A stretch of DNA of 64,000 nucleotides from an uncultured Alphaproteobacteria bacterium (GTDB taxonomy: Bacteria > Pseudomonadota > Alphaproteobacteria > Rhizobiales > Xanthobacteraceae), in assembly GCA_963748805.1 (NCBI GenBank), contig CAVVLH010000006.1, forward strand, positions 36,186 through 100,185, given 5' to 3'. The notes below the pieces were generated by a model. The model saw nothing but the letters and a program-made list of their open reading frames with translations, was not told where the DNA came from and made no database searches. How positions within the stretch are numbered: position 1 is the first letter of the stretch; each line of letters starts with the position of its first letter. This document shows, one piece after another, positions 20,752 to 29,930 of the stretch. The translations under genes were made by a program, and so were the position numbers.

Positions 20752-21249
20752 TTACTTCAGCTGATCGGCGACCTTGTCGAGTCCGGCCTTGATGCAGGCT
20801 TCGTCCTTCTCGCCGCCGGGCGCGCCGGAAGCGCCGGCCGCGCCGAGCACGTCGTCGCCCACCTTGATCGGGAGCGCGCCCTGGTTGGCGATGATGTTGC
20901 TCAGATGAATCAGCGGCAATGAAGGATCGGCCTTCACGCGGGCCGCGAAGTCGCCCGACGGCGACCGGAAAGTGCGCGCGGTGTAGGCCTTGCGGAAGCT
21001 GTTCTCGACGGTGTGAGGTCCTGTGTTGTCACCGCGCACCTGCAAGATGATCTCCCCGCTCCGGCCGACCACGGTGACCGACACCGAATAGCCGTTGGCC
21101 TTGCAGGTTTCGATCGCCGTTTCCGCGATGGTGAAGGCGATGGAAGAGCTCAGATCCTTGTGGCTGAGCAGTTCCGCGCTCGCCGGCGTGGCCGCAGCGC
21201 AAGCGGAAACAAGAGCCAAAGCGGCAAAACGAATCCCAAACGATCGCAT
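20752..21249 (-). CDS. GlcG/HbpS family heme-binding protein, secreted
   Basis: Signal peptide; VTVVGRSG, SFRKAYTA, GALPI..G..LGAAGASGAPGGEKDE. Confidence 0.88.
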   Translation of the reverse strand: MRSFGIRFAALALVSACAAATPASAELLSHKDLSSSIAFTIAETAIETCKANGYSVSVTVVGRSGEIILQVRGDNTGPHTVENSFRKAYTARTFRSPSGDFAARVKADPSLPLIHLSNIIANQGALPIKVGDDVLGAAGASGAPGGEKDEACIKAGLDKVADQLK

Positions 21250-21385
21250 CGTTATACTCCCTGAGTTTTTAGTGCCCATTCTTCGGGGCTTGCAGGCACG
21301 GTTTAGCTTATGCACCGGTTCAAGCCGACAACTCAATGGTCCTGCCCGATCCGCCGAGGCAATTTCACGATCTGAAAAGCGCCGG

Positions 21386-22297
21386 TCAGTAGCTCGAGGG
21401 GTCCGGCGAGTCCGTCGGCTTCTCAAAGGCGTGCTTCAGCGCCGGGCTGATCGGGATGTTCAGATTGACGCCCTTTGGCGGGATCGCTTGCGTGAACCAT
21501 TTGGCGTAGAGCGCCGCCATCTCCGGACTTTGATAGAGAGCCGATGTCGCGGCGTCGGCAACGGCCTTGAACGCCTTGTCGTCCTTGCGCAGCATGATTC
21601 CATAGGGCTCAGGCTTGGAGAACGCGTCCTCCGAGATCACATAGGCCTTTGGATCCTTTGCGTTGGCGATCAGGCCCGCCAGCACGATATCGTCCTGGAC
21701 AAAGGCCACCGCCCTGCCGGTCTCCACCATCAAAAACGCCTCGCCCTGATCCTGAGCCGGGACGATCGTCATCCCGAGATTCAATCTGTTATTGAATTCG
21801 AGCGCCTGCTTGATGTTGGTCGAACCGGCCGGAGCTACGACCGTCTTGCCCTTGAGGTCGCCGATCGAGCCGATCTTCGATTCGACCTTGGAGACGAAAC
21901 GGCTCGCGGTCAGAAAATGCGTGTTGGTGTACCAGACCTGCTGTTGCCGCTCGGCATTGTTGGTGGTGTTGCCGCACTCGAGATCGATCGTGCCGTTGGC
22001 CATCAGCGGAATGCGCGACGGCGACGTCACCAGCTGATAACGCACTTCGAGCTTGTCGAGCTTCAATTCGCGTTTCACCGCCTCGACGATTTTGGCGCAA
22101 ATATCCATGGCGAATCCGACCGGCTGCCGCTTGTCGTCGAGGTAGGAGAACGGCACCGACGCCTCGCGGTGCCCGATGGTGATATAGCCGAGCTCCTTCA
22201 CCTTCTGAAGCGTGCCGGTGAGCTCCTCGGCGCCAGCGGTTGCATGGCTTGAGAGAAGCGCTGCGAAGCTCAGCGCCACGAACAGGTTTTTACGCAC
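21386..22297 (-). CDS. Amino acid ABC transporter substrate-binding protein (GltI-like)
   Basis: GHREASVPFSY, RIPLMANGTIDLECG.TTNNAERQ, EPYGIMLRKDD; GTG start with GGAG RBS. Confidence 0.92.
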   Translation of the reverse strand: MRKNLFVALSFAALLSSHATAGAEELTGTLQKVKELGYITIGHREASVPFSYLDDKRQPVGFAMDICAKIVEAVKRELKLDKLEVRYQLVTSPSRIPLMANGTIDLECGNTTNNAERQQQVWYTNTHFLTASRFVSKVESKIGSIGDLKGKTVVAPAGSTNIKQALEFNNRLNLGMTIVPAQDQGEAFLMVETGRAVAFVQDDIVLAGLIANAKDPKAYVISEDAFSKPEPYGIMLRKDDKAFKAVADAATSALYQSPEMAALYAKWFTQAIPPKGVNLNIPISPALKHAFEKPTDSPDPSSY

Positions 22298-22576
22298 GAA
22301 AATTCTCCGTCGCCGATTTTGGCCCTCTCGCCATGCTTCGCGATATCCGGGAATTTTGCAAGGCGCGGAGGGGCCAATCGGGGATGTGACCGCAGGTCGA
22401 GGGTTAACAGCGCGCCGACCAGCGGCCACCGCATGCTTCGTTTGTCTTGCTCTACCAATGGTAGCGTATAAGAGGTCAGCAACACGCAAACGTGTTCCCA
22501 TCTCACGCAACTCTTTGTGGCGAGCGGGCTTGGTCTTCCGAAACAACCTTCGTTGTTCAGAGTATTGGAGAGCAAA

Positions 22577-22954
22577 ATGCTTCGTCGAACATTGATTGCC
22601 TTTACTACCGTGGTTGCACTTGGGTGCGTACCGTTAACCACAAGCGCGTTTGCGGCCGGTAAAGCCGGCGGTCACGGTGGCGGTGGACACGCGGCGGCAG
22701 GTCGCGCCGGCGGCGGACATGCGATGGGCGCACGCTCCATGGGTGGTCGCGCCCATGTTGGCGGCGGACGTCGATATGTTGGCGGACGTGGCGGACCCCG
22801 TTACGGCTATGGCGGGGGTGGCTACGGTTACGGCGGCGGCGACTACGGATGCAACGGCTACTACGATGACTACAATGGCTGCGGCTACAATCCGGGAGCA
22901 GCTATCGTTGGCGGCCTGATCGGTGGCGCCTTGAATGGCTTTGGTGCTTACTGA
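22577..22954 (+). CDS. Secreted Gly/Tyr-rich small protein
   Basis: GGAG RBS, signal peptide, GYGYGGG repeats, hydrophobic C-terminal glycine-zipper-like segment. Confidence 0.8.
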   Translation: MLRRTLIAFTTVVALGCVPLTTSAFAAGKAGGHGGGGHAAAGRAGGGHAMGARSMGGRAHVGGGRRYVGGRGGPRYGYGGGGYGYGGGDYGCNGYYDDYNGCGYNPGAAIVGGLIGGALNGFGAY

Positions 22955-22993
22955 GACACGTCGCTCAATAAAGCGCTGGTTGCGCAATAACGC

Positions 22994-23030
22994 AGGAGGC
23001 CGGGATCATATCCCGGCTTCCTTTATTTTT
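22994..23030 (+). terminator. Rho-independent terminator
   Basis: aggaggccgggat-cat-atcccggcttcct stem followed by a T-rich tract. Confidence 0.75.
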
Positions 23031-23866
23031 GCGAATTGGCTCCTGTCATGATCTCGATCTTCAACAACGGCGCCCGCCGCTTCGAACGAATAGACGTCCA
23101 TTCTCAGGATGCTGTAGGTGGAGCTCGCGTGCAGCCGCTCGACGCGCGGCTCTATCCCTGCGGCGCCGAGGGCCGAATAGAGCGGCAGGAAATGCTCCTC
23201 GGTCGGGTGGTTCTTGGCGGCGAACGGCGCCAGATCTCGATAATTCAATAAATCGTCGGTCGCGCCCGTCATCAGCGATTGGTGAGTCCAGTTCGCAAAG
23301 CTGTTGACCCAATCCGGTGCGGGATCGTTCGCCCCGTGGCCTCGAAATTCAGACAGATCGTAAGTCATGCTGCCGCTGCCGATGATCAAGACGCCCTCCT
23401 CGCGCAGCGGCGCCAGCGCGCGCCCCATGGCCAGGTGATGCCTGGTGCCGAGATGTGGCTGTATCGAAAGCTGCACAACGGGAATGTCGGCTTGCGGATA
23501 CATCAGGAGCAACGGCACCCAGGCGCCGTGATCCAGCCCGCGACGCCGATCGGTCCTGCAATCTATTCCGGATGCGCGCAGCAGATCGGAAACCCTTGCC
23601 GCGATCGACGGTGACCCGGCCGCGGGATATTGCAGCTCGTATAGCGCTCGCGGGAATCCGCCGAAGTCGTGGATGGTGTCGTTACGCTCGACGGCGTTGA
23701 CCGTCGGGACCGCCGTCTCCCAATGCGCCGACACCACGAGAATGGCGTTGGGGCGCGGCAGCTCGCCGCCAAGCTGTTGCAGGAATGCGCGCGCCGGCGT
23801 GTCGGTCAGCGGCAAGGTCGGGGCGCCGTGCGAAAGAAAAAGGCTGGGCATTTTACCTTGCTTCAT
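23006..23866 (-). CDS. DODA-type (LigB family) extradiol dioxygenase
   Basis: FLSHGAP, SAHW, IHDFGGFP, LDHGAW.PL, GSGS.T, HPTEEHFLPL. Confidence 0.92.
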   Translation of the reverse strand: MKQGKMPSLFLSHGAPTLPLTDTPARAFLQQLGGELPRPNAILVVSAHWETAVPTVNAVERNDTIHDFGGFPRALYELQYPAAGSPSIAARVSDLLRASGIDCRTDRRRGLDHGAWVPLLLMYPQADIPVVQLSIQPHLGTRHHLAMGRALAPLREEGVLIIGSGSMTYDLSEFRGHGANDPAPDWVNSFANWTHQSLMTGATDDLLNYRDLAPFAAKNHPTEEHFLPLYSALGAAGIEPRVERLHASSTYSILRMDVYSFEAAGAVVEDRDHDRSQFAKIKEAGI

Positions 23867-23892
23867 GTCGATTGGGACCCCGCTGTGCCGGT

Positions 23893-24333
23893 TCATCGCG
23901 ATGGCGCGCCGCTCAACCCGCCAGGGATTACTCCAGCGCTGGACGTGCGCAGCGCATAGGCGCCATCGCCGAGCAACGCCTGGACCATCAAGGCGACGGT
24001 CCAGAATGCCGGGTATTCCCAACCGCCATTGGGGTTGTTGAAGAAAAAGCCGGCCGCCCCATGCACCGTAAAGATCGCGCCGAGCAAAATCGGGATCGCC
24101 GCGATCGCAACGACCCGCGTCCAAATTCCGAGGATCAGCCCGGCAGCGGCAAGCAGTTCGGCCGCGATGACGACATAGGCGAGTTCGCCTGGCAGGCCGA
24201 CGCTGCCGAAGAACTTCGCCGTTCCAGCCGGCGTGAAGACAAACAATTTGAGACTGGCATGCGCCAGAAAAAGCAATCCGAGCGTCAGGCGGAGTAGCAA
24301 CGCGGCATAGGGGGCTGTGCGGGAATCGATCAT
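23893..24333 (-). CDS. DoxX family membrane protein
   Basis: LLLRLTLG.LFLAH, GG.EYP, LLGDG motifs; four hydrophobic segments. Confidence 0.92.
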   Translation of the reverse strand: MIDSRTAPYAALLLRLTLGLLFLAHASLKLFVFTPAGTAKFFGSVGLPGELAYVVIAAELLAAAGLILGIWTRVVAIAAIPILLGAIFTVHGAAGFFFNNPNGGWEYPAFWTVALMVQALLGDGAYALRTSSAGVIPGGLSGAPSR

Positions 24334-24437
24334 GGCTGGCTCCTGATTTGGACGTCCAGCGCCTTATCGCTTACCCTAAAATATTAGATAATACGCTCAT
24401 TTTAGAATACACTTAACACTGTTAGAGTGAGATTGCC

Positions 24438-25346
24438 ATGCTTGACCGCCTGACGGGCCTCGAAGTCTTTGCAAAAGTCGCCTCCAACGGAAGCCTGTCG
24501 GCCGCCGCACGGGCGATGGGCCTGTCGAAGACGATGGTCACCAAGCACATTGCAGCCCTTGAAGCGCGGCTTGGGGCCAAACTGTTTCACCGCACGACCC
24601 GCAGACTTTCGATCACCGAAGCCGGGCGGAACTATCTCGAGGCTTCGGAACGGATTCTCGCCGAAATGGAAGCGGCCGATGCGAGTATCGCGGTGGACCG
24701 TGTCGAGCCGCGGGGGCTGCTTCGGCTGAATGCGCCGGTGTCGTTCGGGACCCGACAGATCGCGCCGCTGCTGGCCGAGTTCGCCGCACACTATCCGCGC
24801 GTCACGATCGAGCTCGGTCTCAACGATCGCCTGGTCGATCTTGCCGAGGAGGGTTGGGACCTCGTCATCCGCATCGGCAATTTGAGCAGTTCAAGCCTGA
24901 TTGCCCGGCGCATCGCGCCTTGCCGTGTCGTGGTATGCGCGGCGCCGTCCTATCTCAAAGCGCGGGGCACACCGCCAACGGTTTCGAGCCTCGCCGAGCA
25001 CAATTGTCTTGGTTACACACTGTCACAGACCTCGGTCGATCGCTGGGCGTTTGGCGAGCGCGGGGAAATCAATGTTCGTGTCTCGGGCAATCTGCGCGGC
25101 AACAACGGCGATGCGCTGCGGGCCGCGGCCATTGCCGGGCAAGGCGTGATCTATCAGCCAACGTTCATTGTCGCTGACGATTTACGGGCCGGCACATTGG
25201 TCGCGCTCACGCTCGATTACCCGACGGTCGAACTCGGCGGCATTTATGCCGTCTATCTGCACGATCGCCAGCCACCTGCGAAAGTGCGCGCATTCATCGA
25301 CTTCATCGCCATGCGCTTCGCACCCGACCCGCCCTGGGACCGCTAA
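24438..25346 (+). CDS. LysR family transcriptional regulator
   Basis: LSAAAR...SK..V...I..LE..LG..LF.RTTR.LS.TEAG; divergent from doxX. Confidence 0.95.
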   Translation: MLDRLTGLEVFAKVASNGSLSAAARAMGLSKTMVTKHIAALEARLGAKLFHRTTRRLSITEAGRNYLEASERILAEMEAADASIAVDRVEPRGLLRLNAPVSFGTRQIAPLLAEFAAHYPRVTIELGLNDRLVDLAEEGWDLVIRIGNLSSSSLIARRIAPCRVVVCAAPSYLKARGTPPTVSSLAEHNCLGYTLSQTSVDRWAFGERGEINVRVSGNLRGNNGDALRAAAIAGQGVIYQPTFIVADDLRAGTLVALTLDYPTVELGGIYAVYLHDRQPPAKVRAFIDFIAMRFAPDPPWDR

Positions 25347-25448
25347 AGCATGATCCGGAAAAGTGTGAAGCGGTTTTTCCGAAAAGATCATGCTTCATCA
25401 AAGGATTAAAGCGCGATGACGATTCAACCAAATCTCATCGCGCTTTAG
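25343..25448. repeat. CIR/RIME-like twin-hairpin intergenic repeat, copy 2 (inverted)
   Basis: Reverse complement of 10283-10387 with few changes; GATTC at 25421. Confidence 0.85.
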
Positions 25449-25486
25449 TTGTCAGCGCGGGGCGCGGAGACCGGCGGCGGTGTGCC

Positions 25487-25786
25487 TCAAGATACGCCCG
25501 GCTCGCCCAAACCGATGCGCGTCCTCAGTTCAGGTTTTTGGGCGAGAACCTCGACCAGCCACTGAACACATCGCTCCGCCGCATTCAGGGCATCGGCCGG
25601 CGAACGATAGGTAACGCCGGAATAGTAATGCACCGGCGTCCATTGCCCGCCATCTTCGACATCCCGCCGAAATTCCTCGAACCCGTAGCTGGCATTTTCC
25701 CGCGAAAAGAAATCGACGCATCGGTTGTGCTCCAGATCTTCGATGCTGACGAAGACGATCCAGGACTTGTCGATGCGCTTGGACAT
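25487..25786 (-). CDS. Hypothetical protein
   Basis: Compact ATG-initiated ORF with protein-like composition (RCVDFF...YGFEEFRRDVEDGG.W). Confidence 0.75.
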   Translation of the reverse strand: MSKRIDKSWIVFVSIEDLEHNRCVDFFSRENASYGFEEFRRDVEDGGQWTPVHYYSGVTYRSPADALNAAERCVQWLVEVLAQKPELRTRIGLGEPGVS

Positions 25787-25811
25787 GAAATTGGGATCAG
25801 CAAATTGGAGA

Positions 25812-26096
25812 TCAGCGGCTGTCGCCGCGGCCGGTCCAGTTGCTCCAGTTTACGCCGGTGAGACTTCCAAAGTCGGTGGCGAGCGGCCGCCTGGTTTGCC
25901 GCTCATACATCGCAACGCACCGCTCGGACTCGGCAATCTTTTGCTTGAGGTCGGCGATGGCCCTCGAGATCTGCCCGCGACGGCCGGCGATTTCGCCCGT
26001 GGTGAACCGGGCCGCTTCCAAAGCCTTCAACGCCTCGCGGTTTTTCCTGAGTTGAACCCTGTGCCACGCAACGCTGCTATCGCTGTCTGCAACCAT
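25812..26096 (-). CDS. Hypothetical coiled-coil protein
   Basis: ATG ORF, helical charged sequence, same orientation as its neighbours. Confidence 0.6.
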   Translation of the reverse strand: MVADSDSSVAWHRVQLRKNREALKALEAARFTTGEIAGRRGQISRAIADLKQKIAESERCVAMYERQTRRPLATDFGSLTGVNWSNWTGRGDSR

Positions 26097-26235
26097 GATC
26101 CGAATCCCTGATTCGCCATGATCATATCATTGCATGCAAGCCGAAAGGCGGCAGCGTGGCCCGCCGAATGGCCGGCACCTGTGGCTGGGGCGCCACTCTC
26201 CGGCCGCTGCCATTATAATTACGCAACCATTATCA

Positions 26236-26520
26236 CTACAGGAGTCTCCGCCTGCCCCAGAAACCGCCGCCAACCAGCCGGAGCACCAGCAACAGGACAA
26301 CGGCACCGATAAAAGCATTGATGATCAGCGCGACAATGCCGACCCCGAGGTGGATGCCGAGTTGTGGCAACAGCCAATCGCCGATAAAGGCGCCGATCAG
26401 GCCGACCAGCAAATCGCCGATCAATCCGAACCCGCCTCCTTCCATTACCCTGCCCGCCAAATATCCGGCGACGATTCCGACAATGATGATCACGAGCAGG
26501 CTTTGATTGGACAGGTGCAT
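26236..26520 (-). CDS. GlsB/YeaQ/YmgE (transglycosylase-associated) stress-response membrane protein
   Basis: IIVGIVAGYLAG...GFGLIGDLLVGLIGAFIG...GAVVLL; GGGAG RBS. Confidence 0.92.
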   Translation of the reverse strand: MHLSNQSLLVIIIVGIVAGYLAGRVMEGGGFGLIGDLLVGLIGAFIGDWLLPQLGIHLGVGIVALIINAFIGAVVLLLVLRLVGGGFWGRRRLL

Positions 26521-26550
26521 GACTTTGACTCCCGAGAGGGCACGCCGGGT

Positions 26551-26575
26551 AATGCCGGCGGATCGCCGTTGTTCC
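26551..26575 (-). promoter_or_regulatory. Putative EcfG/sigmaT general-stress-response promoter
   Basis: Minus strand GGAAC-N16-CATT, about 30 nt upstream of the GlsB-family start. Confidence 0.5.
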
Positions 26576-26593
26576 ATCGGCGGATGGATTAAG

Positions 26594-26671
26594 CCTGACA
26601 TTCGTCTTGCGGCCGACGGAATTTGACGGACGTCTCCGATAATGATGCGGACTTCTGAACCGCCACACTGG
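26594..26671. repeat. Degenerate single hairpin of the CTAG family
   Basis: Right arm atgatgcggacttctgaaccgccacac is identical to 10548-10574; left arm decayed (ctgacattcgt). Confidence 0.6.
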
Positions 26672-26768
26672 AGGCATGCCGTTGGAAATCGATTCCATGA
26701 TTAGCCGGACGTGACGTTTTTGCTGCGTGCGGTGAGAGCTGCGCAGCAGCTATTCCGGAAAATGGGTT

Positions 26769-28070
26769 GTGCAACGCACCATAGTCAATATCTCTCGGCC
26801 CTCCAATGAGGTGCGCCGCGTGGCTAATTTGAATGCTGATGCTCTGGTGTCGTTGCGGCATCAGCCGATGGGCTTTACCGAATTCGTCATCGTGATCGCT
26901 TCGATCATGGCACTGAATCCGCTGGCGATGGACATGATGCTGCCGGCGCTCCCGGACATCGCATCGGCATTCCACATCACCGCCGCCAACCAGCCGCAGG
27001 AAGTCTTGTCGTCGTTCCTGATCGGCTTCGGCCTCGGCCAATTCATCATGGGTCCTCTTTCGGACCGTTTCGGCCGGCGCCCGGTCCTGATCGACGGCAT
27101 GGCGCTCTATTGCATCGCCAGCCTTCTGGCGATCATGGCATCGTCGTTCGAGACGTTGCTGCTGGCGCGGGTGCTGCAAGGGCTTGGCACCTCCGCGACC
27201 CGCGTGATCGCGACCTCGATCGTCCGCGACTGCTACGCCGGCCGCCGCATGGCGAGCGTCGTGTCACTGGCGATGATGATTTTTATCGCGGTGCCGGTGA
27301 TCGCGCCATCGCTGGGTCAGGCGGTGATGTTGTGGACGCAATGGCGTGGCATCTTCATCGTCCTGATGCTCTACGGCGTGCTCGCGCTGATCTGGAGCGC
27401 GGTGCGGATGCCGGAAACCCTGCTGGAAGCCGACCGCAAGTCGCTTGCTTTTTTCGACGTGCTTGACGCCTTTCGCCAGACCGTGACCAACCGGCAAACC
27501 CTCGGCTATGCGCTCGCGGCCGGCGGCGTGCAGGGCTCGCTGTTCGCTTTCGTGTTCGCCGCGCAGCAGGTGTTCACCGAAATTTACGGGCTCGGGCACT
27601 ATTTTCCGCTGGCGTTCGCGGCAGTCGCAATCGGCATTGCCATCGCTGGCTTTCTCAACGCCCGTTTCGTCGGCCGCATCGGCATGCGCGTGATTTCGCA
27701 TGGCGCGCTGGTCGGCTTCGTCGCGGTGGCCGGCATCATGCTTTTGGCGGCAAAGCTGAACATGCTGCCGCTGCCGTTGTTCATGGCGCTGTCGGCGCTG
27801 ATGATGTTCGCGTTCGGACTGACCTTCGCCAACTTCACCTCGCTGGCGATGGAGCCGCAAGGCCATATCGCCGGCACGGCGTCCTCGCTCTATGGATCGA
27901 TCACGACGCTGCTCGGCATCGGCCTCGGCACCACGATCGGTCAGGCCTATGATGGCACGCTGTTGCCGTTTGCCACCGGGTTTTTCCTGTGCACGCTGGC
28001 CTCGCTCGCGGTCGTGCTGGTCGTGGAAAAGGGCCGCCTGTTCCAGCCGCACGCACGGTCCGTGACGTAA
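26769..28070 (+). CDS. Bcr/CflA family MFS drug efflux transporter
   Basis: DMMLPALP, GPLSDRFGRRPVL, RVLQG motifs; about 12 TM; start uncertain. Confidence 0.92.
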   Translation: MQRTIVNISRPSNEVRRVANLNADALVSLRHQPMGFTEFVIVIASIMALNPLAMDMMLPALPDIASAFHITAANQPQEVLSSFLIGFGLGQFIMGPLSDRFGRRPVLIDGMALYCIASLLAIMASSFETLLLARVLQGLGTSATRVIATSIVRDCYAGRRMASVVSLAMMIFIAVPVIAPSLGQAVMLWTQWRGIFIVLMLYGVLALIWSAVRMPETLLEADRKSLAFFDVLDAFRQTVTNRQTLGYALAAGGVQGSLFAFVFAAQQVFTEIYGLGHYFPLAFAAVAIGIAIAGFLNARFVGRIGMRVISHGALVGFVAVAGIMLLAAKLNMLPLPLFMALSALMMFAFGLTFANFTSLAMEPQGHIAGTASSLYGSITTLLGIGLGTTIGQAYDGTLLPFATGFFLCTLASLAVVLVVEKGRLFQPHARSVT

Positions 28071-28110
28071 GACATGCCGCGGGTGCAAACCGCGACGAAC
28101 AATATGGCCG

Positions 28111-29097
28111 TCAGCGTGTCTCCAGTGACCTGCAAAAACGGGAGCGGTATTCCTGCGGCAGCACATTGAGACGCCGGCGAAACGCCCGGCGCATGTGCTC
28201 TTCGTCCTGAAACCCCGAGCGGGACGCAATCTCCTTCATGCTGAAGGTCGTTTCCTCGAGCTTCCTTCGGGCGGCTTCGACGCGAAACTCCTCCACGACT
28301 TTGGCCGGCGTCCTGCCGGTTTTGTCCGAGAAGGCGCGCGCGAAGGTGCGCGGGCTCATCCCCGCCTTCTCGGCGAGAACTTCCACGCGCAAATCCTTCT
28401 CGAGATTATTCTGTATCCATGCCGAAAGACCTTCGAACAGCTCGTCTTCCCTGGATTGAATGGCAAGCGGAACGCTGAATTGCGCCTGGCCGCCCGGCCG
28501 CTTCAGAAAAACCACCAGCCTGCGCGCCACCCGCATGGCCTCGCGGTGTCCGAGATCGCTTTCCAGCAAGGCCAGCGCCAGGTCGATTCCGGCGGCAGCG
28601 CCGGCCGAAGTCCAGATACCGCGGTCATGGACAAAGATCGGATCCGGGCAAACCTCGATATCCGGATAGCGTTCAGCGAGCGTCTTGCACGATCCCCAGT
28701 GCGTCGCTGCGCGGCGATTTCGCAGAAGACCCGCCGCGGCCAGCACGAAGGTCCCGGTGCAAACCGAACACACCCTTCGAACGTCTTGTGCCTTGCTGCG
28801 AAACCAATCGACGATCTGCGGATCGGCGGCGGCCAGGTGAATGCCGGGCCCTCCGCCAATGACCAGCGTGTCGATCGTCATGTCGTCGCATTCCGCAAAC
28901 GACGACGTCATCACCGCCACGCCTGAAGAGGTGCGGACCAGCCCGCCCCTCGGCGAACAAACAATCAGTCTATAGGGCGACGATCCGGCCTCAGTGGTTT
29001 CGCAGGCAATTTCGAAAACCTGCAACGGACCTGAGAAGTCGATCAGCAGGCAAGCATCGAACAGCACGAAGACAATGTTGCGGATTTTGTCAGCCAT
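28111..29097 (-). CDS. GlxA family AraC regulator (DJ-1 + HTH)
   Basis: SVCTG.FVLAAAGLL..R.A.THW, WTSAG..AGIDLAL, RPGGQAQFS, MSPR.FAR.F. Confidence 0.93.
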   Translation of the reverse strand: MADKIRNIVFVLFDACLLIDFSGPLQVFEIACETTEAGSSPYRLIVCSPRGGLVRTSSGVAVMTSSFAECDDMTIDTLVIGGGPGIHLAAADPQIVDWFRSKAQDVRRVCSVCTGTFVLAAAGLLRNRRAATHWGSCKTLAERYPDIEVCPDPIFVHDRGIWTSAGAAAGIDLALALLESDLGHREAMRVARRLVVFLKRPGGQAQFSVPLAIQSREDELFEGLSAWIQNNLEKDLRVEVLAEKAGMSPRTFARAFSDKTGRTPAKVVEEFRVEAARRKLEETTFSMKEIASRSGFQDEEHMRRAFRRRLNVLPQEYRSRFCRSLETR

Positions 29098-29190
29098 AAC
29101 GCCACCGATTTGGCAGGAAATGCGTCCTGTCTGACATTTCCGTAAATCAGGCGCTCTGTCAAACATGCGGCCGTTCACTCGGAGTCACCA

Positions 29191-29904
29191 ATGCCGGACC
29201 AGCCACTTCACATCGGACTCTTGATCTATCCGGGCATGACCCAGCTCGACATCACCGGGCCTTTCGAAGTCTTTGCCCGCCTTCCCAACGCGCGCGTGCA
29301 TTTGCTGTGGAAGCGAATAGAGCCCGTCGTCAGCGATGTCGGCCTGCCGGTGCTACCGACCACGACCTTTGCCGAGTGCCCGGATCTCGATGTGTTTTGC
29401 ATCGGCGGGGGCCCAGGCCAGGTCGACTTCATGGACGATGATGAAGTTATTGCGTTCGTTCGCGAAAAAGGTGGCTCGGCGCGCTACATCACCTCGGTTT
29501 GCGCAGGCTGTCTGATCCTCGGCGCCGCCGGCCTGCTCGACGGATACAAATCGGCCTGCCATTGGCTGATGAGTGACCAGCTCGCCGCCTTTGGCGCGAT
29601 CGCGGTCAATGAGCGCGTTGTCATCGACCGCAACCGCATATCCGGCGGCGGCGTGACCGCCGGAATCGATTTCGGCTTTCAGGTCGCCTCCGAACTGTGC
29701 GGCGAAGAATTTGCAAAGCGGCTGCAACTCTTTCTCGAATATCAACCGGAGCCGCCGTTCGATATCACCGTCCAGAATGCTCCGCCCGAACTGATTTCCC
29801 AAATGCGGATCGACGCCCAGCCGTGGCTGCGCAAGCGCGCGGCGGCGGTCCAGAAAGCTGTCACCAAGCTCAAATCGTCGGCAATGACGGCTGTCGAGCC
29901 ATAG
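29191..29904 (+). CDS. DJ-1/PfpI family protein (isonitrile hydratase-like)
   Basis: QLDITGP.EV, TSVCAG.L.LGAAGLL.GY...HW, GGGVTAGIDFG, EYQPEPPF. Confidence 0.9.
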   Translation: MPDQPLHIGLLIYPGMTQLDITGPFEVFARLPNARVHLLWKRIEPVVSDVGLPVLPTTTFAECPDLDVFCIGGGPGQVDFMDDDEVIAFVREKGGSARYITSVCAGCLILGAAGLLDGYKSACHWLMSDQLAAFGAIAVNERVVIDRNRISGGGVTAGIDFGFQVASELCGEEFAKRLQLFLEYQPEPPFDITVQNAPPELISQMRIDAQPWLRKRAAAVQKAVTKLKSSAMTAVEP

Positions 29905-29930
29905 AACCGCATTCGGAAAAAGGCATTCGC

